Shown piece by piece: positions 1-13,200 of a stretch of DNA of 64,000 nucleotides (within the stretch, counting starts at the first letter, position 1; the number at the start of each line of letters is the position of its first letter). The notes beneath the pieces are model-generated. The model did not search any database. It was not told the DNA's origin and worked only from the letters and a program-made list of their open reading frames with translations. The position numbers and the translations under genes are program-made. The stretch comes from a virus. The DNA lies in the IMG/VR virus record IMGVR_UViG_3300034418_006779, positions 45,079 through 109,078 of that record, one strand, 5' to 3'.

Positions 1-1284
1 TCAGGTAAGAAGAAAAGTGGATTTATAAGTGGGAGAGTATTAGGAACAGTTGGTCCTATTAACGCAGCTGGATTACCCACAGGAGATTTTATTAGTTTAA
101 CTAGGTCTGACGGAACTGAGATCATCGTACTTGCTCAAGATAAAACAAGAGAGCAGAGCCGAGAACTTCAAATTATTAGTGACTTAGCAGAAGCTCAATA
201 TAGTCTACGTGCCGTAGAGAAGGATTGGACGATTATTGAAAAAGATAAGAACGGAGATCCGGTGGAAAGAAGATACACAATGCTCGCAAGACCCATTGTT
301 TCTGTAGACGATAGCGGTTTAAGTACTGAGACAACTCAAAGTATGACATATGTCAATGTAGAGATTTATGATGAAGACGGAAATTTTGTATCATCTAGAT
401 CATTAGATGATATGGCTAGAGAGATTGAAAACACATCTCCTTATGCTAGAACTGAGAAATTGAACGAAGCATTTACATATCAACGTCAAGGTGATGGTAG
501 AATGGGAGAGCAAAAATATGGAATAAACACTACTCCTCAGTATGAATATTATGATCGAGCATTCATAGAAAGTAGAAGGAGGGCTAATCCAAGATTATTT
601 AAGCCAGAAGAAAGACCTAAAGATAATTTAGGCGATATCTGGATGACTCCTGATCAGAGATATATGGCTAATCGGATGAACCAATCAAGACCCTCATCGA
701 CTCCTAGACCTATTAAACCTATCAAGCACGTTGATGCAGGTAAAGACATGACTATAATGCCTATATCCAGTTTAGATGGAGATAGTTTCACAGGAAAAGA
801 TATTTTAGATGTAAGTTCTGGTGATATAGTGTTTACAATTATTAAACCAGATCAATTTGATAATAAATGGACTGCACTATATAATGACTCTGCAGGTAGG
901 TTACAAAGGATAGAAGCGAACGAGCTCTCAGATATACAAATAAAAATAAGAGGTTTATCGAATAATAAATCTAATAGTATTCCAAGAACTTCCAATGCTC
1001 TCGATACATTAGGTACTTCTAGTACTAGTAATACTTCTAGTTCTAGCAGCAGTTCTGGTAGAACTAAAGGCAAAAACGATTATAAAACAATATCTAAAGA
1101 TGATATTGTTGATAATAAAATTAAGACGACAATTAACGGTGACGATTTAATAATTCATGCACCAGTTGGTGGCGCTTCCAGTGAGCATCCTTATTGGACA
1201 TATGTATGGATTAATGATACTCCTCATTATGTACAAGGTGTTACTCTTGCTGAATTAAAACTACAAATAGAAAAAATAAAATAA
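1..1284 (+). CDS. 5'-truncated putative virion cargo/ejection protein
   Basis: Frame 1 is open from base 1 to the stop at 1284, so the ORF-track start at 262 is probably internal. It lies directly upstream of the vRNAP gene and has a Ser/Thr-rich linker. Confidence 0.6.
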   Translation, partial: SGKKKSGFISGRVLGTVGPINAAGLPTGDFISLTRSDGTEIIVLAQDKTREQSRELQIISDLAEAQYSLRAVEKDWTIIEKDKNGDPVERRYTMLARPIVSVDDSGLSTETTQSMTYVNVEIYDEDGNFVSSRSLDDMAREIENTSPYARTEKLNEAFTYQRQGDGRMGEQKYGINTTPQYEYYDRAFIESRRRANPRLFKPEERPKDNLGDIWMTPDQRYMANRMNQSRPSSTPRPIKPIKHVDAGKDMTIMPISSLDGDSFTGKDILDVSSGDIVFTIIKPDQFDNKWTALYNDSAGRLQRIEANELSDIQIKIRGLSNNKSNSIPRTSNALDTLGTSSTSNTSSSSSSSGRTKGKNDYKTISKDDIVDNKIKTTINGDDLIIHAPVGGASSEHPYWTYVWINDTPHYVQGVTLAELKLQIEKIK

Positions 1285-1291
1285 AATTATA

Positions 1292-4200
1292 ATGGCTGAA
1301 ACAACTCAAAATACAAACCCAGTATTTGATAAAATATTACAGCAAAATAGAGCGCAGGCACTCCACGGAGCGTCTGCGTCTAAAGGTTTAGGAACAACTC
1401 TAGTAGACGGTCCAATCTACACAGGATACGACGATCCTAGAATGAGCCTACTCACCCAATCGGGGTGGGAACAAGCACGGAGAGCAATCGGAGGTGGACT
1501 AACCTTGGGTGCTTTAGGTGCTATGAAGAACACATATCAATTCGCACATGATATTGGTAACTTCTTCGAAACAATGTTTAGTTCTGATAAATCTATGTCA
1601 GATTTATTGGATATGGAACAATACTCTCAATCAACGATCGCAAAGAACTTAGGAGAGATCATTGATGAGAAGAGAGAAGCATTTGCAATCCATAAAGCAG
1701 ATCCCAATGATGTGTTTGATTGGGATGATTCAGGATTTTATTGGCAGTCAGTTCAAGGAATCCTAGACTCAGCGGTACAGTTTGCTCTTCCTGGTGCAGG
1801 GGCAGTAAAGGCTGTAGGGGCTATTCAAAAAATACCTAGACTATTTAGCTACTTCAAGAAAACAGAGAAGTTAGGACAAATGCTTACAGCAAGTAAGAGT
1901 GGACAACAGATCGCCAACTCTGTTGGTTCAGGTCTTTTAAGTAACCATATAGAAGGTACTTCTATGGCTTCAGAGATCTACAACAATACCATGAAGAACT
2001 TTGAGAAAGATATTCAGAAGTATAGAGATAGTGAGGGTAGAGAAGGAATTTCTTTAGAAGAAGCTAAAAGGAGATCAGCATTCTCTGCTAACTCATTTAG
2101 AGAATGGAATAGACTCATGTTCTTTACTGACGCAGTTCAGTTACATGGTCTATTTAAAGGAAAAGGTTTCACACGAAATTTATTAGATGCCAAAGGATTT
2201 AAAGAAAGTGTAGGTAACTTAACTAAGTTCAATACTAAAAACCCAATTTATGGTTTCCTTAAGCAAGGAGTAACAGAGGCCGGGGAAGAGATTGTACAAG
2301 GAATTAGTCAGCGTCTTCATGAAGATATGGCTAAAGGAGTAGACACCCCTATTGGGGAAAGACTCCTAGATTATGTCACTGATTCAGAGTTACTATATGA
2401 AGGATTCTTAGGATTTTTTGGCGGCGGCCCTCAAAAAATAGCCACCCAGTTTGCACAAGAAGGAGATGCAGTTCTTACTGGTAAGTTTTTCACTAAAAAG
2501 TACTGGAATGATAAGAATGCCATGTACAACCAACAGCAGGAAATAATCAAGGAAACTAATGATTATTTTAAAAGCGAGTTAGGAAGACAAATGGTAGGAC
2601 ATAATATTGCTGCCGATGCTGTTATTGCGGGCCGTCCTGAGTTAGGGGAGATTGCCACTAATCGTGAGTTCTCTCGACTAGCTACAATGCATTTTGAAGC
2701 TGGTACAACCGAGGTGTTCGAACAACACCTAGATGACATTGCTAACAACGCAGAGTACCGAAAGGAGAATAAATATAGTGACGATGATGCGGCTAATGCC
2801 AAAGAGTTACTGAAAGAGTTAGATCGTTTAGAGCAGCAATGGATGAAGACATCCCGATATGCTGTTGACGACAAACATCAAGTAAGACTCTTCGAGACAA
2901 ACAATATCATCAATAGCCTAGAGAAGCTGGTTGGATCCCAGCAAGAACATATAGATAAGCTAACGCAGAATCTTAATGAAACTATTATAGACGATGCTGT
3001 TGAAGCAGCCAATCTAAAAATTAGTAATGAGAAGAAGGACGCACTTCGTAAAATCTTATCTATAGATGAGCAAGGCAAGCTTAGAGCTCCAGTAGATGAG
3101 CTGGCTGAAGCTGATTTACATCCTGCTCATGCTAAAGCTGTAGCTGAGGTATTCGATACTCAATCTCAAGTAACAGATTTAAAAGACCAGCAAGCTATTC
3201 TTGATGAAATGAATAGTAAGTTGAGAGACGCCAAAAAAGATAGGGCTAACTATAACTCTTTTGGATATCGTAAATCTTATATTGAACATAAGAAGAGGCA
3301 GGAAAAAAGGCTGAAGGATAAGATTAAAAGAGAGGAAGCTGCTGAAAGAAAACAACGACGTGCAGATAAAAAACTAAAGAGAGCTGAGACAAGTAAAAAG
3401 CTTAAAGGAAAAGCTAAGCAGCTTGCTAAGAAAGGAGAACTTAAGAAAGAAGCTAAGAAGATAATGGATAAGGCTGCTACTAAAGCTAAGCTAGCTCCTG
3501 AAAATAAAAAGTCAGAACCGTTACAGACTGTTGATCCTGCAACTAAACAACCAGTCACACCAACTCAACCTACTCCTAATGAATATATAGGAAAAGAGAG
3601 AGGAACGCTGCTGGCAGAGAGAAGTAAGAAAGAAGCTGTACTGAGTAGTAGCAAACCTGAAGAAATAATGCCTGTACTAGACGTACTAGCAGAGATAGGA
3701 GATGCGCTTGAGGAGCTCAGAGCTCAGCCATTTCAGCATAGTGGTAAATATGAATTTGCCCCACCAGCACATATCAAAGATGCTCTGGATGAGATGATCA
3801 ATAGATCTAAGAGAATTATTCTCAATGAAGATACTAATGAGTATGAGCTGAAAGATGAGAACGGGAAGGTTGTCAGAACTTACAAAAGAGTAAGTAATGT
3901 TAGCAATCCTGACTATGATGATTCTAATAAGTATGCTCATCATGCTACTCAGATTGGTTCAGCACTAGACTTGATTGCTAGAGATTTCTTTTCAGGCAAT
4001 CTCAAGGCTTGGGACACATACTTAGTTGCAGACAAATTCGATAAGACTAAGAGTTATCCAGTGTTTAAAGGCAAGAAAGAGTTTGAACACTATCTTCATC
4101 AACTGGAAGATCTGAAGCTTGTTCTTAAAAGTAAAGGGCAAGTCATTATTGATCCAGGAATTGTAGATGGGAAAACATCTGAGTTTAAATTAGCTGATGA

Positions 4201-7200
4201 TGAGAATGGAGTAGCTGGAACTGTTGACTTAATGACTTATGACAAAGAGGGTAATGTTTATATTTATGACCTCAAGTCGATGAGAAGCAACAAACTAGAA
4301 GGGAATGACTATTACTCCAGAACACACGGGAGAAAGAAATCGGATGCAGAAACTCACCAAGACCAGTTATCACTTTACCGCATTCTGTTAGCAAACAGCA
4401 CTGGACTTTTGGCTGCTGAATTAGCAGTAATTCCAACAGTAGTTGGGGGGTACAATCCTGACGGAGAAGTAAAAGTTCCAAGCACTGTTAACATTCTAAC
4501 CAAAAGATTTGGTCCTGATGTTACTAGTATGGTAGACTTCTTTGTCTTCATGGATCCAAAAGATTCAGTGAGTGGTATTGAACTTAGTCCTTTGAGGACA
4601 TTCATTACAACTCCACCGTCAACTCCTATCCAAGTTCCACCATCTACTCCACAAGCATCTGAAGAGGAAGCAGAGGCAAGAGCTGACTTAGCAGCTGTTG
4701 TAGGTCTTACTAATAAGATTGACGCAGAGCTAAGAAAGATTGATCAAGACCAAGAATTTCATGCGGATGCCGAGGAAGATCTACTTGAAGGGTTGACTAA
4801 GAAAGAGAAGGAGATGCTATCTAAAATTCGTAAGAAGCATTCTTCTTTTTGGGTGGGGTCTAGAGAAGAATTAGCTAAGCTAGTTGGGACTAAACAGAAG
4901 AAGGTTGATGAGTTCATTGAAAAACTCGAACAGAAAGGATTTCTAGAGTTCAACGATGAGACTGTTGTACTAACGCTTTCTGATCTACCGGCACGCTTTG
5001 CTGCTAGGAATGGATTCTCCGCAATCATTGAAGCTGCTGAAGATAACTTCAACGGAGTTATTGCACGAATTAGAAAGAGACTAGAGAAAGGAGAGGATTA
5101 CCAAGTTGAGTTTGCTGATCTTATTAACTTCATTCAGCATCAGTTGGAAGCAGTTAATAGCGCTATCTCCGAAAGACAATATGACATGTATGAGATGCTT
5201 TACTTGCATTATGTATTTGTCAATAAGTCAAGAGACTTCCAGAAACCCCAAATTCCCAGCTACGAAGAGTGGTTAAAGCAATCCATTGTTCCTGGAGCAG
5301 ATGTTAAGATTGATGACCAGTATGATGAAAATACAATAGATGAAGTTAAGAACATGTCTGACTTCATCAAGCGATTCTTTGAACTTCCTGATAAGAAATT
5401 AGGAGAGCAGGGAACGAAGGCTGCTGTAGATAAGGTTGCTTACTTAGCTCGTGAATATTTTAACGAGGCTTTAACGTCAGAGGGATTCAGTGCTCAAGAG
5501 ATTAGTGATAGTCTAAATGAAGGAAAAGTTCACCCGGATGTTTTCAATAGAAAGAAGCTTCTCCCCGGCACAAAGCTCAAGATTAAAGTTAACCATAATT
5601 ATACTGGAGTAACTAAGTATCATCCTGAGCTGATGGGAGACCTCCCTACACAAGAGACGCCTCAAGGAAGAGTAGTGCAGTGGAGCGATTTTATCGCTAA
5701 GTATCCACAAGGTACTTTAGAGTATAACATGTTTGTCCCTCTTGAGATCAGAACTGAAGATGATAGACTGATCGGATGGTACCACACCGTAGGATTTGCT
5801 ACTAAGCATACTATCAAAATCAAAGATGGCCAGACTTCTGATGAAGCGGTCGAGGAAGCAAGAGAAGCAGTGATAGACGCTCGTGACATTATTCTGAACA
5901 ACTTAAACTCTCAAGGAGAATTTGATGCAGGAGGACAATTACAAATTGAAGAGACTAGCATAGGTCAGTTACTTCGACCAGAGAATAAGAATAGAGTACG
6001 TGCTTCAGAAGGAATAGAAGAAGATCTAGACATTGTGGTTGGTCGTATGACTGGTCAAAAAGCTAGTTTGCGTACAGGACCTAGTGATAAGGAAAGGGTT
6101 CAGCAGAACCGTGTCCATAGAATGAAAGGGTTTAAAGTCATTCGCGGCCTAACGTACCTGATGTTCCCAGTAGGAACTAAGGAAATTAAAGTAGGTAAGA
6201 AGAAAACAAAACGAACTGTGACTACATTCGCTCCTGTTCCTTTGTACAAACACAAGATGGGAACAACCAAAGCTAATGAGGAAGATCAATACAGTGATAT
6301 CAGATCGTCCATTGCTAAGGTAATTGAGCTATTCATCGACACTAGTAATGAAAACAACATGCCTCTGATCAGAGAGTTTGAAAAACAAACCGGATATAAT
6401 CTGAGAAAATGGGAGCATGTTAAAAAGTACTTGGAGCAGTTTCTCTATGACAGAACTATTCCAGCTGAGTACACTGAGATTATTGACTTCATCAAAGACT
6501 CTAATCTAGACGATAGTAAAATGGTATTTGCTCTAAAGTTTAGAGAAGACAGTAATGACAAGAGAGCACAGTTAGTTCTTGGAAGTAAATTATCTGCAGA
6601 CGGAAGCCAGTTCATTAATCTTAGAAGAGGAGATCAATTCACAGAGCAGCACAGGGCGCTCATTGAGAAGCACCTTAAAGCTATGTTCTTTAACACATCT
6701 CTTGCAGCAGTTAAAAACAATAAACCAGTCTTTATAATTAAGAAAGGCAAGGTTGAGCAGATCGCCAAAACGTACAAAGAGTTTGTAAAAAGCACATCAG
6801 ATGTTCCTTTTATTGGGATGAAGTATACTGATGAGAATGGTGAAACTCAGCATACATACACAGCACAGAGATTGTTGTTAATGAACTCAGATTCTATCAT
6901 GGACTACACTGCTCCTGAAACATCTGCTACTGAGGCAAAACAGGAGACGGTGGAACAGCAACGTGCTAAGCATGAGCTTACGTATAAGCCTAATCGATTG
7001 AAGCAAAAGATTGATAAGTATCAGTTTGAAAGGATTGCTAAGAGACTTAAAGAACTGCGCTCTAGTGATGCTACGCTTGCTTTATACAATCAGTTAGTAG
7101 ATGTATACAGAGGTATTCATGATCAGATAATCATTGCCAAGAGTCATAATGTTGATGTTGGTAACTTTATCTCAGGAGACTTAGAGACAATGGTTGATCC

Positions 7201-10200
7201 TTACATGGAAGAAGGACTAGATGTTTTCACACAAGAAGAACTTACTGGTTTGATCTCCTATGTTCAAGAGTACTTTGCTGGTACTGAGAAAGCATCTCTA
7301 TTGGATTTGATTGACTACCAGAACAAGATCATTCGCCCTGCTCAAGATGTCGCTAAAGCTGTTGAGACCCGACACGCATATGGTATTGAGTTTATGGATT
7401 CATTATCTTATGAAGCTGCTAAAGAACTTAGCAACTTGGTTAGTGATATGAAGAAAAGGTACAACGAAAACGATGAGGAAATCAAGCCCGATGATGTAGG
7501 TAAACTCGTTATGCTAATGACCAAAGGTCTTAAAACCAGCATAAGTTCTGCCAACATGACTAAGCTTAAGACTTATTTAATAGATGTAATTCATGACAGA
7601 GCAATGTCAGTTGAAGAAATCTATACAGCAACAGAGTCTTATACCATTAGCCCATATGGAGAAGAAGATATTAAAGCAGTGGAGAAAGAGTTTAAGGCAG
7701 AAGAGTCTACCGGGGCAGTCAGCGCCGTAAACCCACCTTCTGACGAACAAGAGGCTGCGGACTTGGCAGAGCTAGATGCTATTAGAGCTATGTTCCCTAA
7801 CTCAGATGATGAATCTGCTAGCCTATATGGATTTACTCCGGCTCAGCAAAAGTTTGTAGACACTCATTATGTTGAAGGAGTTGATGTACTCAATCAAGGA
7901 GCTTTCATTAAGAACATGTTAGCTGAATTGTTTGATAAAGTAATCTATAATCCTAAGGGAGTTAAAGTGAAGTTGGAAGAGTATGTTCCTCAATTAAAGT
8001 ACAATACTGTTAACATGAGGAAAGATCTTCGAAGAAAAGCAGCTGCTATTCATGAGCAGATCAAAAGCAAGTATGATGCGGATACCTACAGTATGCAACA
8101 AGCAGCAAAAGATCCTGATAATGCAGCACAGTTCAGCGAGATTCTTCAGCTTGATGCCAGAGCGAAAAAGCTTGACTTGATGATAGCTGGTTGGGACAAA
8201 ATAGAAGGATTGTTATATGAGAGACTTACTAACACTGCCGGGTTTAAAATGTCAAAGGACAAATCAGCTCGTAAAGAAGTTGACCTAGACACTCCTGCCG
8301 AACATGAGGGAGAGAATGTAAGCTCTGATGAGGAAATGACCGAGTCAGATTTCTCAAAGAAGAAATTTGATTCTCTTGTTGGTGAAGTAGATCCTAAAGC
8401 TAGTGCATCTCCCTTGCTTAAGATGTTCTTGTCCACTATTCCTAGAAGTGAGATTGATCCAGAAACCGGAAAAGCTATTGGAGGATTTAGTTGGTATAAA
8501 GGAACTGAATATGTAGACTTTGATAAGGTGTGGGGATTCTTGAAAGAGACTCTAGCAAACAAGTGGTCTGACCGTAAGGCAATGATTGAGGAGTTAGAAA
8601 ACTATACTACTTCTCATCCGTATGTTCAACACATCATTGACTTGCTACAGCGTGACAAAACTCATGCTGCTACATTACAGCCTAGGATTTTAGCAGAACT
8701 ACAGAACGATCCAGCATATTTTACTAAGTATACAAACGAGCAACTAGAGAAGATGTCTTGGGACCGAGCAAACTATCGGGTCCAGAAACAAATGCAATTA
8801 GCTAGACAGCTTATCGTAGCCGTTCGTTCTACTGCGATCAATATGTACATGGTGATGGCTTACTCCAACTTGACAGGAGGAGACAGCTATAGTAGATATA
8901 AAACTATCCCGGCTAACAGGAATAAGGTGGACAAAAAGGTTAGAGATCAATGGACTATTAACCTAAAACAAACTGCTTTGTACTCTCCTAAGTCAGAGTT
9001 TGATGCTACGTTATATCCTAATACATCTAGAATAGACGCACTGTTTAACAAGTATGATAATCAGTATCGTAAAACTTTAGATCATCTTGTAGGTTTCCTA
9101 TCTGAGATAGGAGTTACTCTATCTGACGAAGTAATAGCTGACATCATTAAATGGGATGGTAACATTCCACTAAGTGGGGGAGAGTGGGTAGAAGCTGGAG
9201 AATTATTGTCAGTATTGCTCAGTGATAAAGGACTTCGTCCTAAAATGGTTAACAATCTACCTCTAGCAGCATCCAACCCTCTTAACGATGGATATATTCA
9301 GAGTCTATCCCGTCTACAAGCTAAGCATGAACAAGGTCTAAGACCTCAGTCAGCAAGGATTAACAATAAATCTATTTATGAGTATACGACTACTCAGTTT
9401 AATGCGGACCATTTAAGAGAGCTACAAGAAGATGGAGATATGATTGCAAACTTCTCAAAGTCTCATTTCTCTGCTAAGTCACTATGGCTTCAAGATTCTT
9501 ATGATCATACAGGAGGAGTAATGATGATCGATGAGGAAACAGGTCAACCTGTATCTACTGGTTTAGGTCTTCATGAAATGGAGTTCTTTACCGTATCGCT
9601 TAATCCATACAAAGAAGATTGGCAAACAAGTTCTGGTAACCCGGTTCCATTACAGGATCGTAATGAGTTACAGCATGAACTTACAAAGATTGCTCACTTC
9701 CAAGAAGGATTTGAAGGCGGTTCCGAGTTTCAAACATATGAAGAAGGAGAACCTGTTAGACGTAGACGCACTAGTCTGTTTTATCCTACTAACTCTAACA
9801 AAGAGAGGGCTACAGGCTTTAGAGGAATCAAGGCTATTGTCAGTTCTTTTTATGGACAAGAGAATCGAATTGTGCTTACAGACGAGACTCTTGATGTCGC
9901 GATGGAACAGTTAGTGGAACCTGAGTTTAACAGAATTGTAAAGATTCAGTCTCTAATTGCTGCAGGGGACACTCCTAGAATTAAAGCATATGCTCACGGA
10001 GGACAGATGTTTCACTTTATTCCATCTCTTAATAATATGGAAGAACTTTGGGATGAATTTGGACAACTGAATACAGAGGCATTAAATGATCCTAAGATTC
10101 AAGAACTAGTTAGAGATCGAGTTAGTAAACATTTAATTAAACTAGGACAGAAGAAATATAAATTCTGGAAAAAGGCTGGTATCGGAGCTACTAAAGAAAT

Positions 10201-13200
10201 CGAAACTAAGAGTGGTAACACTATTAAGAAGCATTTTCAGGGGCTCGACAAGTTCTACATGCACAAGATGTTTGGAGCCAACAAGAACATGACTGATCAA
10301 CAAAGAGAGTTGGCCATTCAGAAAGCAGCTCTTGATATGGAGATCAACTACATGATTGCAAATGCAAACATGTATATGTTATTTATTGGTGACCCAGCTT
10401 TGTATTTTAAACCTAGCATGACTAAGGATCTCATCAAGAAATATCCAGACCCTATTGATTTTATCAGGGCGTATCATTCTGAGGTTAACGATGAGTATAG
10501 AATCAATGTGGTCAAAGATACATTCGATAATGCTGGTAAACGTCTAGCAGGGGATATTGCTCCTGGATATGAGTTAGCAGATACAGCTAACCCAGATTTT
10601 GCAGATGATCTTGAGATTAATTATATGTTCTTAGGCGATGTTAAAATTGCTAGTGTAGAAAAAGAATACTTAAAACGATTAGGATTGGGAGATGCCTATG
10701 ATGGGCTCGAAGGTGCAGATGGTCAGGAGTATACTCACTGGTCAGAGCACTTAAAAATACTATATCATTTGGGTAGACTGACAGATGATGATTATGAGAG
10801 AATTACAGATAAACTAGACAGAGGTGAAGACCTGAATGATTCAGATTTGAAGACTGTTCTTCAGCCAATGAAACCTGTTTATGTTAACAACAGATGGGAT
10901 GAGGGATTAAGTACTTACATCAGAACCTATGTTAAAACGTCTGCATTCCCTCTACTTCCACAGCTGACTCGTGATCTCGAAATAGATAAGCTAACTCAAT
11001 TTTTAGAAGAAAGATACCAAGATCCAGAAGCACTGACAATACATCGCGTTCCTATGATGTCTGGTACTAAGGTTGGTGGATTTAGCGATGCCGTTGAGTT
11101 CATGAATGCAGATGGTACATTTAAGACATCGGAAGAATTGGCAGAGGCCGGAGCCTTTAATCAAGATCTACACGTGATTACTGTACCTCGCCAAGGATTT
11201 AGAATTCAGCAAGATGTTCCTTACAAAGAAGATAAAGATGAGATCAACCGTGTATCGCAGGCTGCTAAACTTTTGGTAGTAAACATGATGGGGCAGAAAG
11301 GATTTGAACCCAAGAGGTTTATTATAGATAATAGAATCTATGACCTCGTTCCTTCTATTAGAGAGTTCTTCATTGATGATGAAGGCAATGAAATAGACCA
11401 TGACTTCTCAGGAGAGGATATGAATAAGATCTATAATGCCATATTCAAATATCTGTATGAGGAAGACATGAGAGGATTCGTAAACGAATTCATGGAAGAG
11501 AATGGAGAAGACCTCGACTGGAATAAAGTAAAGGATGTAATTAGAGACGAGGCAATAGCACGTAACTATCCACCAACAATGGTGGACGCTATTGATATGT
11601 TTGATGATGTAGCATTCTTGAAGTTCTCACCATACGCTCTACAGTTTCAAGCCTTGCTTAACTCTATTGTTAATAACAGAGTGTTGAAGAAAACAATGCC
11701 AGGCCACTCATACGTACTTGGATCAGAGGAAGGATTTAGAATTCAGGAAGGACTTACAGAAGATAATCTTAAGAATACTGAGATTATCTATACTGGTTCA
11801 TTCAATGGTAAATATCTACAACCCGCTAGATACTTGACAGTAGAAAATGCTAATGAAAAAGAAATTGCTGATGCTAGAAAGGAGAACAGAATTCTTAAAG
11901 AGGAGAAAGATGGTGTAGAAGTAGAATACATTGTAACCGAAAAAGGTAAAAAAATTATGAGGGGAGATCAAGTATTTGTAGCTCCTAGATTTAAAATTGA
12001 AGATAAAAACGGGAAAGAGCGTTATATTGATCTTAGAGAAACTTATTCAGATGGTACATATAAGTGGTTGAACAAGGACAAGAACGGAAGGCTTACTCTC
12101 AAGAAGAGTAAATTCTCTAAACAAGCTCTTGAGATGTTTGGAATGCGTATCCCTAACCAGGGTCCTAACTCCACAGCATATATTGAGATTGCAGGGTTCT
12201 TACCTAAGAAGATGGGGGACTTGATTATTGCACCTCGTGACTTCACAGCTCGAATGGGTTCTGACTTTGACGTTGATAAACTGTACTGTTATCAATATTA
12301 CTATTCTGTTAACAAGTCTGGTAAGATTGTGGCTTATAAAGGAAAAAATGATAAGAAGAGATTAAAAAATGCATTGGTGAATGTTCACATGACTATTACT
12401 AGTAACCCGGATGAGAATGTACAGAAAGCTATCAGTACTCCATTGAATGAGTGGAGACTTGGTGAGATTGGTAATACCATATTAGGATTCAGAGAGAAGA
12501 GATTTTCTGAAAGAGATCCTGAGACTGGCGAAGTTATTCCAGCTAATGAATCCTTTAGTGGAATATCCTCTGAGTATCAGAGAACTAAGTATCTCAATGC
12601 TCGTGCTGGTAAGATTGGTGTAGGTGTATTCTCTCAGGATTCAGTATTTAATGCTATGCTGCAGCAGCATAGAGTTACCTTAATGAGACAACAAACTGAC
12701 GATTCTTGGGATGACCATTTCGAAAAGTTTGGGGATCAGGACTCGAAGCTAATGTACACAACGGACACTACTGATGGAACACTAACTAAGATGGAGGTTA
12801 TCTCTGCTTGGCAGTCTGCGGCGGTGGACGATGAAACATTACAGATTCTTTATAAGCTGAATGTTAACTCTACTACTATGCCGGTTGTTAGGTATATGAA
12901 CCAGATTGGTTTTGTTGAGGAGACTCCATGGTTCTTGACTCAAGATGCTATGTTTGACTACTTAGACTTTTTGAACCAAGGTATGAAAAGAGCTGATGCG
13001 GTTAGTGCAGTATTTAAAAAGTACAACATCAAATTTCCTGATGAAGCTGAAAAACTGAAGGAGTTTAAGAACGATTTATATGAAGAAGCTAATGAAATTG
13101 GATTAGATAAACTCAAGCACATGGTTGAGAATGGCCCTGACTCTGATGATTATACTCCAGAAGAGTATGCTAGAATTCAAGGAGCACTGTTCTATAAGTT